Below are positions 36,847-49,300 of a stretch of DNA of 64,000 nt, piece by piece. This DNA is from Heterodontus francisci (taxonomy: Eukaryota). Below the pieces are notes generated by a model. The model had not been told where the DNA came from, did no database searches, and was given only the letters and a program-made list of their open reading frames with translations. Positions within the stretch are counted from its first letter, which is position 1. Every line of letters begins with the position of its first letter. The stretch lies in NCBI RefSeq assembly GCF_036365525.1, contig NC_090381.1:85553257-85617256 (forward strand), written 5' to 3'. Made by a program: the position numbers and the translations under genes.

Positions 36847-38215
36847 GTAAGGATAATCCAGGAAATTATAGGCCGGTGAGCCTTACGTCAGTGGTAGGGA
36901 AATTATTAGAGAGGATTCTTCGCGACACGATTTACTCCCATTTGGAAACAAATGAACCTATTAGCGAGAGGCAGCATGGTTTTGTGAAGGGAAGGTCGTG
37001 TCTTATTAACTTGATTGAGTTTTTTGAGGAAGTGACGAAGATGATTGATGAAGGAAGGGCAGTGGACGTTGTCTATATGGACTTCAGTAAAGCCTTTGAC
37101 AAGGTCCCTCATGGCAGACTGTTGCAAAAGGTGAAGTCACACAGGATCAGAGGTGAGCCGGCAAGATGGATACAGAACTGGCTCGATCATAGAAGACAGA
37201 GGGTTGCAGTGGAAGGGTGTTTTTCTGAATGGAGGGCTGTGACTAGTGGTGTTCCGCAGGGATTAGTCCTGGGACCTTTGCTGTTTGTATTATATATAAA
37301 TGATTTGGAGGAAAATGTAGCTGATCTGATTAGTAAGTTTGCGGACGACACAAAGGTTGGTGGAGTTACGGATAGTGATGAGGATTGTCAGAGGATACAG
37401 CAGGATATAGATCGGTTGGAGACTTGGGCGGAGAAATGGCAGATGGAGTTTAATCCGGACAAATGTGAGGTCATGCACTTTGGAAGGTCTAATGCAGGTG
37501 GGAAGTATACAGTAAATGGCAGAACCCTTAGGAGTATTGACAGGCAGAGAGATCTGGGCGTAGAGGTCCACAGGTGGCAACGCAGGTGGATAAGGTAGTC
37601 AAGAAGGCATAGGGCATGCTTGCCTTCATCGGTCGGGGCATAGAGTATAAAAGTTGGCAACTCATGCTGCAGCTGTACAGAACCTTAGTTAGGCCACACT
37701 TACAATATTGTGTGCAATTCTGGTCGCCACACTACCAGAAGGATGTGGAGGCTTTGGAGAGGGTACAGTAGAGGTTTACCTGGATGTTTGCCTGGTCTGG
37801 AGGGCATTAGATATGAGGAGAGGTTGGATGAACTCTAATTGTTTTCACTGGAACGACGGAGGTGGAGGGGCGACATGATAGAGGTTTACAAAGTTATGAG
37901 TGGCATGGACAGAGTGGATAGGCAGAAGCTTTTTCCAGGGTGCGAGGGGAAAAGTTTAGAGGTGATGTGCGAGGAAAGCTCTTTACACAGAGGGTGGTGA
38001 GTGCCTGGAACTTGCTGCCAGGGGAGGTGGTGGAAGCAGGTACGATAGCGACATTTCAGAGGCATCTTGACAAATACATGAATAGGATGGGAATAGAGGG
38101 TACGGTCCCCGGAAGTGCAGAAGGTTTTAGTTTAGACAGGCATCAAGATCGGCGCAGGCTTGCAGGGCCAAATGGCCTGTTGCTGTGCTGTACTGTTCTT
38201 TGTTCTTTGTTCTTT
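36847..38215 (+). mobile_element. CR1 (HER1-like) LINE, 5'-truncated, same subfamily as 32172-34086
   Basis: Near-identical to about 32674-34086; (gttcttt)n tail. Confidence 0.95.
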
Positions 38216-38435
38216 ATTATTGGTAATTTCAAGTAAAGTTAATTGTTTTCAATCTTGTGAGCTGAAAATTGAACATTTTTTTCAGTGCTAGTCCTGTACA
38301 TACAAATTTAAATTAATAGCTGAATAGGAAATAGCCCACTGGACAAAATATCATTTGCTTTGGTCAGAATAAATCATATCAGTTGGATTCACAAAACCTT
38401 CTGTCACAATTGATTGAGGAATCATTTAATTTCAT

Positions 38436-38716
38436 ATATTGTCGAATGTTTGGCAAACACATTGGGTGTAATTTTCAACAATAGCAGGGGCAATAGCGAA
38501 CATTTCTGCACCCGACTTGAGATTCTTTACCAATGAATCCAATGGAGAGAAAACTAATCGGATGCATAACAGGAGTCTGATCTGCTGCAGAATGTTTGAA
38601 CCCTTTCCAAGTTCATATTTACCCCATCATCCTATCAGCTGATCTGCAACACTATAACAGGAAGCTTTAACTGCTGGTATCACAGTGGCTGCAGGATCAG
38701 ACTTCCATTTGTGATG
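38436..38716 (+). pseudogene. Old degenerate EGF pseudo-exon interrupted by a MITE-like insert of about 160 bp (38464-38625)
   Basis: With the insert removed it reads IVECLANTSSYQLICNTITGSFNCWYHSG...tttgtgatg; acceptor is CAT and donor is GC; insert ends gggtgtaattttcaac ... gttcatatttacccc, flanked att/atc. Confidence 0.6.
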
Positions 38717-38991
38717 GCAAAATGCTTCACCCTTAGATTCATGGACGATTTATTTAATGCCATATTTGCCTATCAAACAAAATGCAAAATCTGAAGCCTA
38801 TGGTTGAAATGAAAATAGTGAACTTGATAATACTTCATTGGAGTAGGTCCAATTATAGAGATCAGTTTAGGTTTACAACATGCCCTGCAACTCCTGGAAA
38901 AAAATTGATCAATGATGTTATTTGTGTATCCAGATTTCAGCGAATGTGCAATCAATATATTGACCTCATCAAAAAACTCCAGCAAGATAGT

Positions 38992-40383
38992 TTAACACGA
39001 TTTGCCCTTAACAAATCCATGCTGCCCTTCCTTAATTAACCCACATTTGTCCAAGTGACTATTAATTTTGTCCTGAATTATCATTTCTGGAAGCTTGCCC
39101 ACCACTGAGGTTAAACTGACTGGCCTATAGTTGCAGGCCTTATCTTTACAGCTTTTTTTGAACAAGGATGTAGCATTTGCAATTCTCCTAATCAGCCCCA
39201 CTCCTCCTTTTACCACCTTTTTACGATTGATATGTCCATAGAAGACTTTTGAATTCCTTTTTATGTTAGCTGCCAGTCTCTTTTCAGACTCTGTCTTTGC
39301 TTCTCTTATTTGCTTTTTCACTTCCCCTCTGAACCTCCGATTTTCAGCCTGGTTCTCAGTTGCATTATCCACCTGACATCTGTCATAAGCATACTGGAGG
39401 ATGGTAGACAGTGAGGTTCCCCAAGGTTCAGGGCTGGGACCACTGCTTTTTTTGATATACATATAAATGACTTGGATATTGGAATACAGAGTAGAATTTC
39501 AAAATTTGCTGCTGATATGAAACTTGGAGGTGTGGTAAACAGTGAGGATGCTAACAATTGACTGCAACAGGACATAGATATGCTAGCAGAATGGGCAGAC
39601 AAGGGGCAGATAGAATTTAATACAGAGAATTGTGAGGTGATGCATTTTGGCAAAAGGGAGAGGGAGAGACAAGAAAGACTAAATGCTGCAGTTCTAACGA
39701 GTGTACAGGGATAGAGGAACTAAGGTTCATGTGCATAGCTCCTTGAAGGTGGAAGGACATATTGAGAGAGTAATTAGCAAAGCTTATGGGTTCTTGGGCT
39801 TCATGAATTAAGGTATTGACTCCAAAAGCAGGGATGTTATGCTGAACCTTTATAATGCTCTGGTTAGGCCACAACTGGAGTATTGCATCCAGTTATGGTC
39901 ACACTTTAAGAATGATGTGAGGGTCCATGAGTGGATGCAGAGGAGATTTACCAGAATGGTCCCAGAGATGGGGGATATTTGTTAAAAGGTTAGGTTGGAG
40001 AAGCTAGGGTTGTTCTCTTGGGAGCAAAGGAAATTAAGGAGAGATTTGATAGAGGTGTACAAGACTATGATAGGTTTGGATAGGTTAGACAAAGATAAGC
40101 TGTTCCAATAGCTGATGGCACAAGAACTAGGGGACACTGATTGGAGGTTTTGGGCAAGAGATGCTAGAGGGATGTGAGGAAGAACTTTGCAACGCAGTGA
40201 GTGGTAATGACCTGGAACCCGCTGCCTATGAGTGTGGTGGAAGCATAGACGATGAATAATTTCAAAAGGAGGTTGGATGGGCACTTGAGTCAAGAGTGGA
40301 GGAGTGGGACAGATTGGATTGCCCTGTGGAGAGTCGGCATGGACTCAATGGCCTCCTTTTGTGCCAATATGACTCTATGACTC
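38992..40383. mobile_element. Decayed CR1 copy with an inverted 5' part (minus about 38992-39390, plus about 39391-40383)
   Basis: Minus-strand NYRPVSLTSVVGK/QHGFVKGKSC; plus-strand RT C-terminus and (atgactct) tail. Confidence 0.8.
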
Positions 40384-40599
40384 CTCAGCCTGGTGCCTCA
40401 TCATCTCTGTCATCGTGAAGGACATATGGGAGATGAAAGACAAGAGTTCGCACTGACAGTGACAAGGGGTACAAACTCAGCATGATGCATATCATGACAT
40501 TTTAATTAATGATGCCATCAATTCAACATAAGTGACAGTTAAGTGCCAAGTGGCAGTGCATCATTAAATATTGTCACCAGGTCTCTGGGTCAACCACTC

Positions 40600-40770
40600 C
40601 AACCCCCCTTCCCGCACCTTGTATCATTAACACCCAGTACTTGTGCCACCCTGCCGAACTCCAGGGCATCCTCCTCCATCAGGTTCAGGGTGGCTACGAC
40701 TGTAGGTTCGCCCCTTGTTCTCTGCATCTTGCTGGAGTTGTATGCTCTCTTCTCCTGTAATGAGAGAAAG
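40600..40770 (-). mobile_element. Possible Harbinger Myb/SANT-like accessory gene remnant
   Basis: tcattacAG|EKRAYNSSKMQRTRGEP..LNLMEEDALEF resembles the K-AHN-RE--TGGG..EE-ALE pattern of such proteins; weak similarity. Confidence 0.35.
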
Positions 40771-41383
40771 CAGAGCATTATGAGCTTGAGAAGTGGAGTG
40801 TGAGAAGTGTGTTGAGGATGGAAAGAGAACATTTGCTGATGGCGACTGTGATGAATGGGTACAAGAGGGCAATAGGACAATGGTGAATGCAAGTGCTATC
40901 AGTTGAGATGGAGACTTGAGGAAGAGTCTGGAGAGAAAGAAATGTGTGTAATTGCAAAGTGTGTCAGTAACTGGAGTACTGTGCAGAAGAATGTGAGGGA
41001 GGCGAGAGAGTTCTGGGATATTTTGATTATATAATATGGTATCCACTGGGGTAAATCAATAAGTTACTTGGAAATTGCAAGTAAGTTTCACAATCCCTGC
41101 TCAAAGGCTGTGCAATGCATCTCTGGCCATGCCATTACTCAATGCTGCTGTCATTTAATATAAGTGGGGGCAGAAGAATGTTATGGCCAATCGCATCCTT
41201 AAATATGCAAGGTTACATAATGCCAATTTTATATTTTAATGAAAAAGAACCCCAATGATATTGCTGTTGTATGTTCAGAAGAATTTAACTTTATATAGTC
41301 CAATAGGATGAAAATAGGTGAAGTAGGTTGATACTGTACAGTCCACTGTCAATCAAAATGAGCGCTAAGAAATTGGAGGTTTT

Positions 41384-41467
41384 TCTGCACCAATACAAAA
41401 GGAAGCTTCGCATGCAGTTGCTATCCTGGTTTCAGCATCAACATGATGATCATTTCTCTTTGTGATG
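41384..41467 (+). pseudogene. Truncated EGF pseudo-exon (acceptor and 5' part deleted)
   Basis: ttttctgca joins directly to ccaatacaaaaggaagc; about 49 nt deleted between two tctgca microhomologies; donor GTAGGA intact. Confidence 0.8.
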
Positions 41468-41523
41468 GTAGGAAATCTTCAAACACACAGATTTAGTGCA
41501 ACTGATGATTTCAAATTACACAA

Positions 41524-42615
41524 TGTTACAGACTGGGGAAATGGTGTGTGACTTTCACTTCTCACCTCTTAACTGAATTCAGATAACTTTTGAAAAAATA
41601 TAGTGTATTAGTCGCTGAGTGTTTTAAGCATCAAATAAACAAACCAAGGGCAGATTTTCTTGTCAGTTGAAAAGTAATGATAACTATTTATTAAAACAAT
41701 ACTGTAAAATGTTTGCCAGCTCACTCACTCAATCAATCATTCATGCACATGCACATGCACACACAAAAGAAAAGGTAGAGAGTAGAGGGTAGCATGCAAC
41801 TAGAGTTCGATTGTTTTAAAGAGAATTCACTTTGAAACCTTCTTCGATTTCTGCGAGTGATTTTTAACAGTGTTGCATGCCTGAATGTTCCTTGTCTTGG
41901 AAATGAAGCAGTGTCGTTGACTCCTTTGGTTCAATGTCAGTCTGAAGTTGGTGGCGGAAGTCAGGTTCAGTATCTTAGACGGGGGGGTTTTCACCGTCAC
42001 CTTTCAATTTCTCTACCTCAGTAGTTTCAAGATAGTGCTTGCAGGGCTCCTTGCTCAGCTGGATTGATCTTACAGCTTCTCTTGCTGAATAATTTTCTGT
42101 CTCCCCCTCTCTCTCTGTGAAGTTACTTCTTTAAAGGTAAAAACTCACCGGGTTGTGGTTTCAGTCAGGCGATTCAAGACACTCTTCCCTGTGGTATTCG
42201 TACAATGTCCCAGGATGTGGGGACCATGGTTACAAAATGGCATCTGAATGTGATCCATTTTGATAAATAGGTGTTAATTTGCACCTATTACCTTGACCTT
42301 GGCTTTGGAGTAATTCTGCCTGCAAAAGCCTTTGCGAGCCCGATCTTTGATGATAGGAGTCATTAACATGGAATGGGCTGTTTTACATGTCAATGTGCCT
42401 TCTCAAGGCAATTCCAGATGTTAATAATGGACATGTCTTTAACAGACAAACATGTTGACTGGTAGAGCAGGACTAGATCACCTGACCTCACCCTCCCTGT
42501 TGCTGGGTAACAAAGTGTGAATTTTCTTTTAGCTTTGTTCAACGGCTACGCTTTCTCATAATTCCTCCAGCTCATTTCATGTTTCAACACTGTTCTCTCT
42601 ATGAGCCTGGTAACT
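41524..42615. repeat. LTR-like insertion of about 1-1.1 kb in the long EGF intron, repeated in every 2.58-kb unit
   Basis: Starts TGTTAC and has an inverted GTAACA at 42507-42512; absent from the paralogous short intron; no clear TSD. Confidence 0.4.
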
Positions 42616-43227
42616 CCATCTAAAAGCTCTCAATGCCCTGCAGAATCGCGATGACTTTAAGCAAAGTCGTTCGTGCACCTGAATAATTGAACAATCAGTG
42701 TCTCCCTGCTATATTCTGTGCCGCAGTGCAATAGGGATGTTCCGATTGCAGAATATTTGAATCATAGGATGGCTACAGCACAGAAGGAGGCCATTTGGCC
42801 CATCATGCCAGTGCCAGCTGTCTGCAGGAGCAACTCAGCAATACGATATCAGTTGAGGTAAATCAAACAGTTCCTCTGAAATTGCAAGTAGGGTTCACAA
42901 TATCTGCTCAGAGCCTTATGATATGCATCTCCAGACATGCATTTCTTCAATGCTCCTGTCATTTAACATAAATTGGGGCAGGAAGATTGTGGTTGCTGAC
43001 GGCAAGAGAGGAAAGTCATTTGTCAATAGCTTCCATACATTAATAAGTTTATATGCCAGTTTTATATTGGAAAACAAAACACCAGTAATGATATTGCTGT
43101 TGACTGTAAAGAGGAATCAAAAATTGTAAAGTGCATCATGATGTCTTGAAAACACATGATGTGGTAGACAATGTATCGTTTAATGCGCATCTAACTGAGC
43201 GAGGGATAACTGGACATTTCTCTGCAG

Positions 43228-43353
43228 ATATCGATGAATGTGCAACAAACACATCAACTTGTCAACAAATTTGCACCAATACAAATGGAAGCTTTACATG
43301 CAGTTGCTCTCCTGGCTTCAGCATCAACATGATGAACATTTCCCTTTGTGATG
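43228..43353 (+). pseudogene. cbEGF exon 1 with mutated donor (GG instead of GT)
   Basis: tgtgatg|GGAGGA versus GTAGGA in all other copies. Confidence 0.65.
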
Positions 43354-46300
43354 GGAGGAAATCTTCAAACACACAAGTTCCCTGCAATTGATGATTTGAA
43401 GTTACAGACCATCCTATAAGTCTGAATGCCCTGCAAATTCTAGATGAATTGAAGCACCTCAATGTGCTCCTTCATAATTAAAGATTCAGAGGCTGAATAC
43501 AACAATCTGTACCTGTATGCAACAGAGTTATTTTGACTGCAGAATATGATATACTTTGTGGCAAATTAATAATTGTCGCAGAAACTGAAAGTAAGAATCA
43601 CAGTTTCCGATCAAAGGCTTGTGCTTTGCAATTAAACAACCTTCCTGTTGTTTAGCCGAAATGAGAGCAGGACCCTGAGCCTCCGGTTGCTTGACATTTC
43701 AACACTCCCCCCTGCTCTCATGCTCACATCTCTGTCCTGGGATTGCTGCAGTGTTCCAGTGAACATCAACGCAAGCTCGAGGAACAGCATCTCATCTACC
43801 GATTAGGCACACTACAGCCTGCCGGACTGAACATTGAGTTCAATAATTTCAGAGCATGACAGCCCCCCATTTTACTTTCATTTTTAGGTATTTTTTCTTC
43901 CTTTTTTCTACATTCTTTTTTACATTTTTTACAATCTTTTTTTGCATTTATTTCATTTCATCTTAGTTTGTTCAGTTTGCTTACCCAGTGTTTTTTTCAG
44001 GTTTGCACTTGCTGCTGTTCACTATTCAGTGTATTTACACCTAATCTGTACTAATGCTTTGTCTTTCAACACACCATTAACATATTGTTTGCCTTTGCTC
44101 CGTGACCTTTTGGTCAGCTAAGTGGCCTGGTCCAATCTACACCTTCTCCTTTGTTATCTCTTGCCCCACCCCCACCTCACTTGCTTATAATCTGTGACTT
44201 TTCTTATATTTGTCAGTTCCGAAGAAGGGTCACTGACCCGAAACGTTAACTCTGCTTCTGTTTCCACAGATGCTGCCAGACCTGCTGAGTGATTCCAGCA
44301 TTTCTTGTTTTTATTTCAGTAACATTATAGTTTGGCGATGGCTGGAGAGGAATGTCATGGCCAGTAATAGCCATACATTTGTAATTTTATGTAATGCTCA
44401 TTATATGCTTGTAAAAATAACAACACCCATGTTATTTCTGTTGAATGTAAAGAGGAATCGAAGAGTGTCGTAGTGCATCATGATGTTTTGAAGACATGTG
44501 CTATCGATTGACAATGTACGGTAGAATGTTAATCAGATTGAGTGGAGAATAATTGGACGTTTTTCTGCAGATATTGATGAATGTGCAACCAACACATCAA
44601 CCTGCCAGCAAATCTGCACCAATACAAATGGAAGCTTTACATGCAGTTGCTATCCTGGCTTCAACATCAACATGACAACCACTTCTCTTTGTGATGGTAG
44701 GAAATCTTCAAACACACAGATTCATTGCAACTGATGATTTCAAATTACACTCTGTTACAGACCGGGGAAATGGTGTGTGTGACTTTCACTTCTCACCTTT
44801 AGAGATACAGCACTGAAACAGGCCCTTCAGCCCACCGAGTCTGTGCCGACCATCAGCACCCTTTTATACAAATCATACACTAATCCCATATTCCTACCTA
44901 TACTAGTGACAATTTATAATGGCCAATTTACCTACTAACCTGCAAGAGTTTTGGCTTGTGGGAGGAAACCGGAGCGCCCGGAGAAAACCCACGCAGACAC
45001 AGAGAGAACTTGCAAACTCCACACAGGCAGTACCCAGAATCGAACCTGGGTCCCTGGAGCTGTGAGGCTGCAGTGCTAACCACTGCGCCACTGTGCCGCC
45101 CTCTTGACTGAATTCAGATAGCTTTTGAAAAAATATAGTGTCTTAGTCCTTGAGTGTTTTAAGCATCAAATAAACAAACCAAGGGCAGATTTTCTTGTCA
45201 GTTGAAAAGTAATGATAACTATTTATTAAAACAACACTGTAAAATGTTTGCCAGCTCACTCACTCAATCAATCATACATGCACATGCACATGCACACACA
45301 AAAGAAAAGGTAGAGAGTAGAGGGTAGCTTGCAATTAGAGTTCGATTGTTTTAAAGAGAATTCACTTTGAAACCTTCTTCGATTTCTGCGAGTGATTTTT
45401 AACAGTGTTGCATGCCTGAATGTTCCTTGTCTTGGAAATGAAGCAGTGTCGTTGACTCCTTTGGTTCAATGTCAGTCTGAAGTTGGTGGCGGAAGTCAGG
45501 TTCAGTATCTTAGACGGGGGGGTTTTCACCGTCACCTTTCAATTTCTCTACCTCAGTAGTTTCAAGATAGTGCTTGCAGGGCTCCTTGCTCAGCTGGATT
45601 GATCTTGCAGCTTCTCTTGCTGAATAATTTTCTGTCTCCCCCTCTCTCTCTGTGAAGTTACTTCTTTAAAGGTAAAAACTCACCGGGTTGTGGTTTCAGT
45701 CAGGTGATTCAAGACACACTTCCCTGTGGTATTCGTACAATGTCCCAGGATGTGGGGACCATGGTTACAAAATGGCATCTGAATGTGATCCATTTTGATA
45801 AATAGGTGTTAATTTGCACCTATTACCTTGACCTTGGCTTTGGAGTAATTCTGCCTGCAAAAGCCTTTGCGAGCCCGATCTTTGATGATAGGAGTCATTA
45901 ACATGGAATGGGCTGTTTTACATGTCAATGTGCCCTCTGAAGGCAATTCCAGATGTTAATAATGGACATGTCTTTAACAGACAAACATGTTGACTGGGAG
46001 AGCAGGACTAGATCACCTGACCTCACCCTCCCTGTTGCTGGGTAACAAAGTGTGAATTTTCTTTTAGCTTTGTTCAACGGCTACGCTTTCTCATAATTCC
46101 TCCAGCTCATTTCATGTTTCAACACTGTTCTCTCTGTGAGCCTGGTAACTCCATCTAAAATTCTCAATGCCCTGCAGAATCGCGATGACTTTAAGCAAAG
46201 TCGTTCGTGCACCTGAATAATTGAACAATCAGTGTCTCCCTGCAATATTCTGTGCCGCAGTGCAATAGGGATGTTCCGATTGCAGAATATTTGAATCATA

Positions 46301-49300
46301 GGATGGCTACAGCACAGAAGGAGGCCATTTGGCCCATCATGCCTGTGCCAGCTGTCTGCAGGAGCAACTCAGCAATACGATATCAGTTGAGGTAAATCAA
46401 ACAGTTCCTCTGAAATTGCAAGCAGGGTTCACAATATCTGCTCAGAGCCTTATGATATGCATCTCCAGACATGCATTTCTTCAATGCTCCTGTCATTTCA
46501 CATAAGTTGGGGCAGGAAGATTGTGGTTGCTGACGGCAAGAGAGGAAAGTCATTTGTCAATAGCTTCCATACGTTTAGTAAGTTTATATGCCAGTTTTAT
46601 ATTGGAAAACAAAACACCAGTAATGATATTGCTGTTGACTGTAAAGAGGAATCAAAAATTGTATAGTGCATCATGATGTCTTGAAAACACATGATGTGGT
46701 AGACAATGTATAGTTTAATGCGCATCTAACTGAGCAAGGGATAACTGGACATTTCTCTGCAGATATCGATGAATGTGCAACAAACACATCAACTTGTCAA
46801 CAAATTTGCACCAATACAAATGGAAGCTTTACATGCAGTTGCTATCCTGGCTTCAGCATCAACATGATGAACATTTCCCTTTGTGATGGTAGGAAATCTT
46901 CAAACACACAGGTTCTCTGCAATTTTTGATTTGAACTTACAGACCATCCTATAACTCTCAATGCCCTACACATTCTAGATGAATTGAAGCACCTCAATGT
47001 GCTCCTTCATAATTAAAGATTCAGAGGCTGAATACAACAATCTGTACCTGTATGCAACAGAGTTATTTTGACTGCAGAATATGATATCCTTTGTGGCAAA
47101 TTAATAATTGTCTCGGAAACTGAAAGTAAGAATCATAGTTTCTGATCAAAGGATTGTGCTTTGCAATTAAACAACCTTCCTGTCGTTTAGCCAAAATGAA
47201 AGCAGTAACATTATAGTTTGGCGAAGGCTGGAGAGGAATGTCATGGCCGGTAATAGCCTTACATTTGTAATTTTATGTAATGCTCATTATATGCTTGTAA
47301 AAATAACAACACCCATGTTATTTCTGTTGAATGTAAAGAGGAATCGAACAGTGCCGTAGTGCATCATGATGTTTTGAAGACATGTGCTATCGATTGACAA
47401 TGTCCGGTAGAATGTTAATCAGATTGAGTGGAGAATAATTGGACGTTTTTCTGCAGATATTGATGAATGTGCAACCAACACATCAACCTGCCAGCAAATC
47501 TGCACCAATACAAATGGAAGCTTTAAATGCAGTTGCTATCCTGGCTTCAACATCAACATGACAAACACTTCTCTATGTGATGGTAGGAAATCTTCAAACA
47601 CACAGATTCATTGCAACTGATGATTTCAAATTACACTCTGTTACAGACAGGGAAAATGGTGTGTGTGACTTTCACTTCTCACCTCTTAACTGAATTCAGA
47701 TAGCTTTTGAAAAAATATGGTGTCTTATTCCCTGAGTGTTTTAAGCATCAAATAAACAAATCAAAGGCAGATTTTCTTGTCAGTTGAAAAGTAATGATAA
47801 CTATTTATTATAACAACACTGTAAAATGTTTGCCAGCTCACTCACTCAATCAATCATTCATGCACATGCACATGCACACACAAAAGAAAAGGTAGAGAGT
47901 AGAGGGTAGCATGCAATTAGAGTTCGATTGTTTTAAAGAGAATTCACTTTGAAACCTTCTTCGATTTCTGCGAGTGATTTTTAACAGTGTTGCATGCCTG
48001 AATGTTCCTTGTCTTGGAAATGAAGCAGTGTCGTTGACTCCTTTGGTTCAATGTCAGTCTGAAGTTGGTGGCGGAAGTCAGGTTCAGTATCTTAGACGGG
48101 GGGGTTTTCACCGTCACCTTTCAATTTCTCTACCTCAGTAGTTTAAAGATAGTGCTTGCAGGGCTCCTTGCTCAGCTGGATTGTTCTTACAGCTTCTCTT
48201 GCTGAATAATTTTCTGTCTCCCCCTCTCTCTCTGTGAAGTTACTTCTTTAAAGGTAAAAACTCACCAGGTTGTGGTTTCAGTCAGGCGATTCAAGACACT
48301 CTTCCCTGTGGTATTCGTACAATGTCCCAGGATGTGGGGACCGTGGTTACAAAATGGCATCTGAATGTGATCCATTTTGATAAATAGGTGTTAATTTGCA
48401 CCTATTATCTTGACCTTGGCTTTGGAGTAATTCTGCCTGCAAAAGCCTTTGCGAGCCCGATCTTTGATGATAGGAGTCATTAACATGGAATGGGCTGTTT
48501 TACATGTCAATGTGCCTTCTGAAGGCAATTCCAGATGTTAATAATGGACATGTCGTCAACAGACAAACATGTTGACTGGTCGAGCAGGACTAGATCACCT
48601 GACCTCACCCTCCCTGTTGCTGTGTAACAAAGTGTGAATTTTCTTTTAGCTTTGTTCAACGTCTACACTTTCTCATATTTCCACCAGCTCATTTCATGTT
48701 TCAACACTGTTCTCTCTGTGAGCCTAGTAACTCCATCTAAAAGCTCTCAATGCCCTGCAGAATCGCGATGACTTTAAGCAAAGTCGTTCATGGATCTGAA
48801 TAATTGAACAATCAGTGTCTCCCTGCTATATTCTGTGCCGCAGTGCAATAGGGATGTTCCGATTGCAGAATATTTGAATCATAGGATGGCTACAGCACAG
48901 AAGGAGGCCATTTGGCCCATCATGCCTGTGCCAGCTGTCTGCAGGAGCAACTCAGCAATACGATATCAGTTGAGGTAAATCAAACAGTTCCTCTGAAATT
49001 GCAAGTAGGGTTCACAATATCTGCTCAGAGCCTGATGATATGCATCTCCAGCCATGCATTTATTCAATGCTCCTGTCATTTAACATAAATTGGGGCAGGA
49101 ACAATGTGGTTGCTGACGGCAAGAGAGGAAAGTCATTTGTCAATAGCTTCCATACGTTTAGTAAATTTATATGCCAGTTTTATATTGGAAAACAAAACAC
49201 CAGTAATGATATTACTGTTGACTGTAAAGAGGAATCAAAAATTGTATAGTGCATCATGATGTCTTGAAAACACATGATGTGCTAGACAATGTATAGTTTA

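Noticed and set aside
296-40383. Active reverse transcriptase or a novel RT system
   Set aside because: All RT frames belong to known LINE clades and carry stops, frameshifts or truncations.
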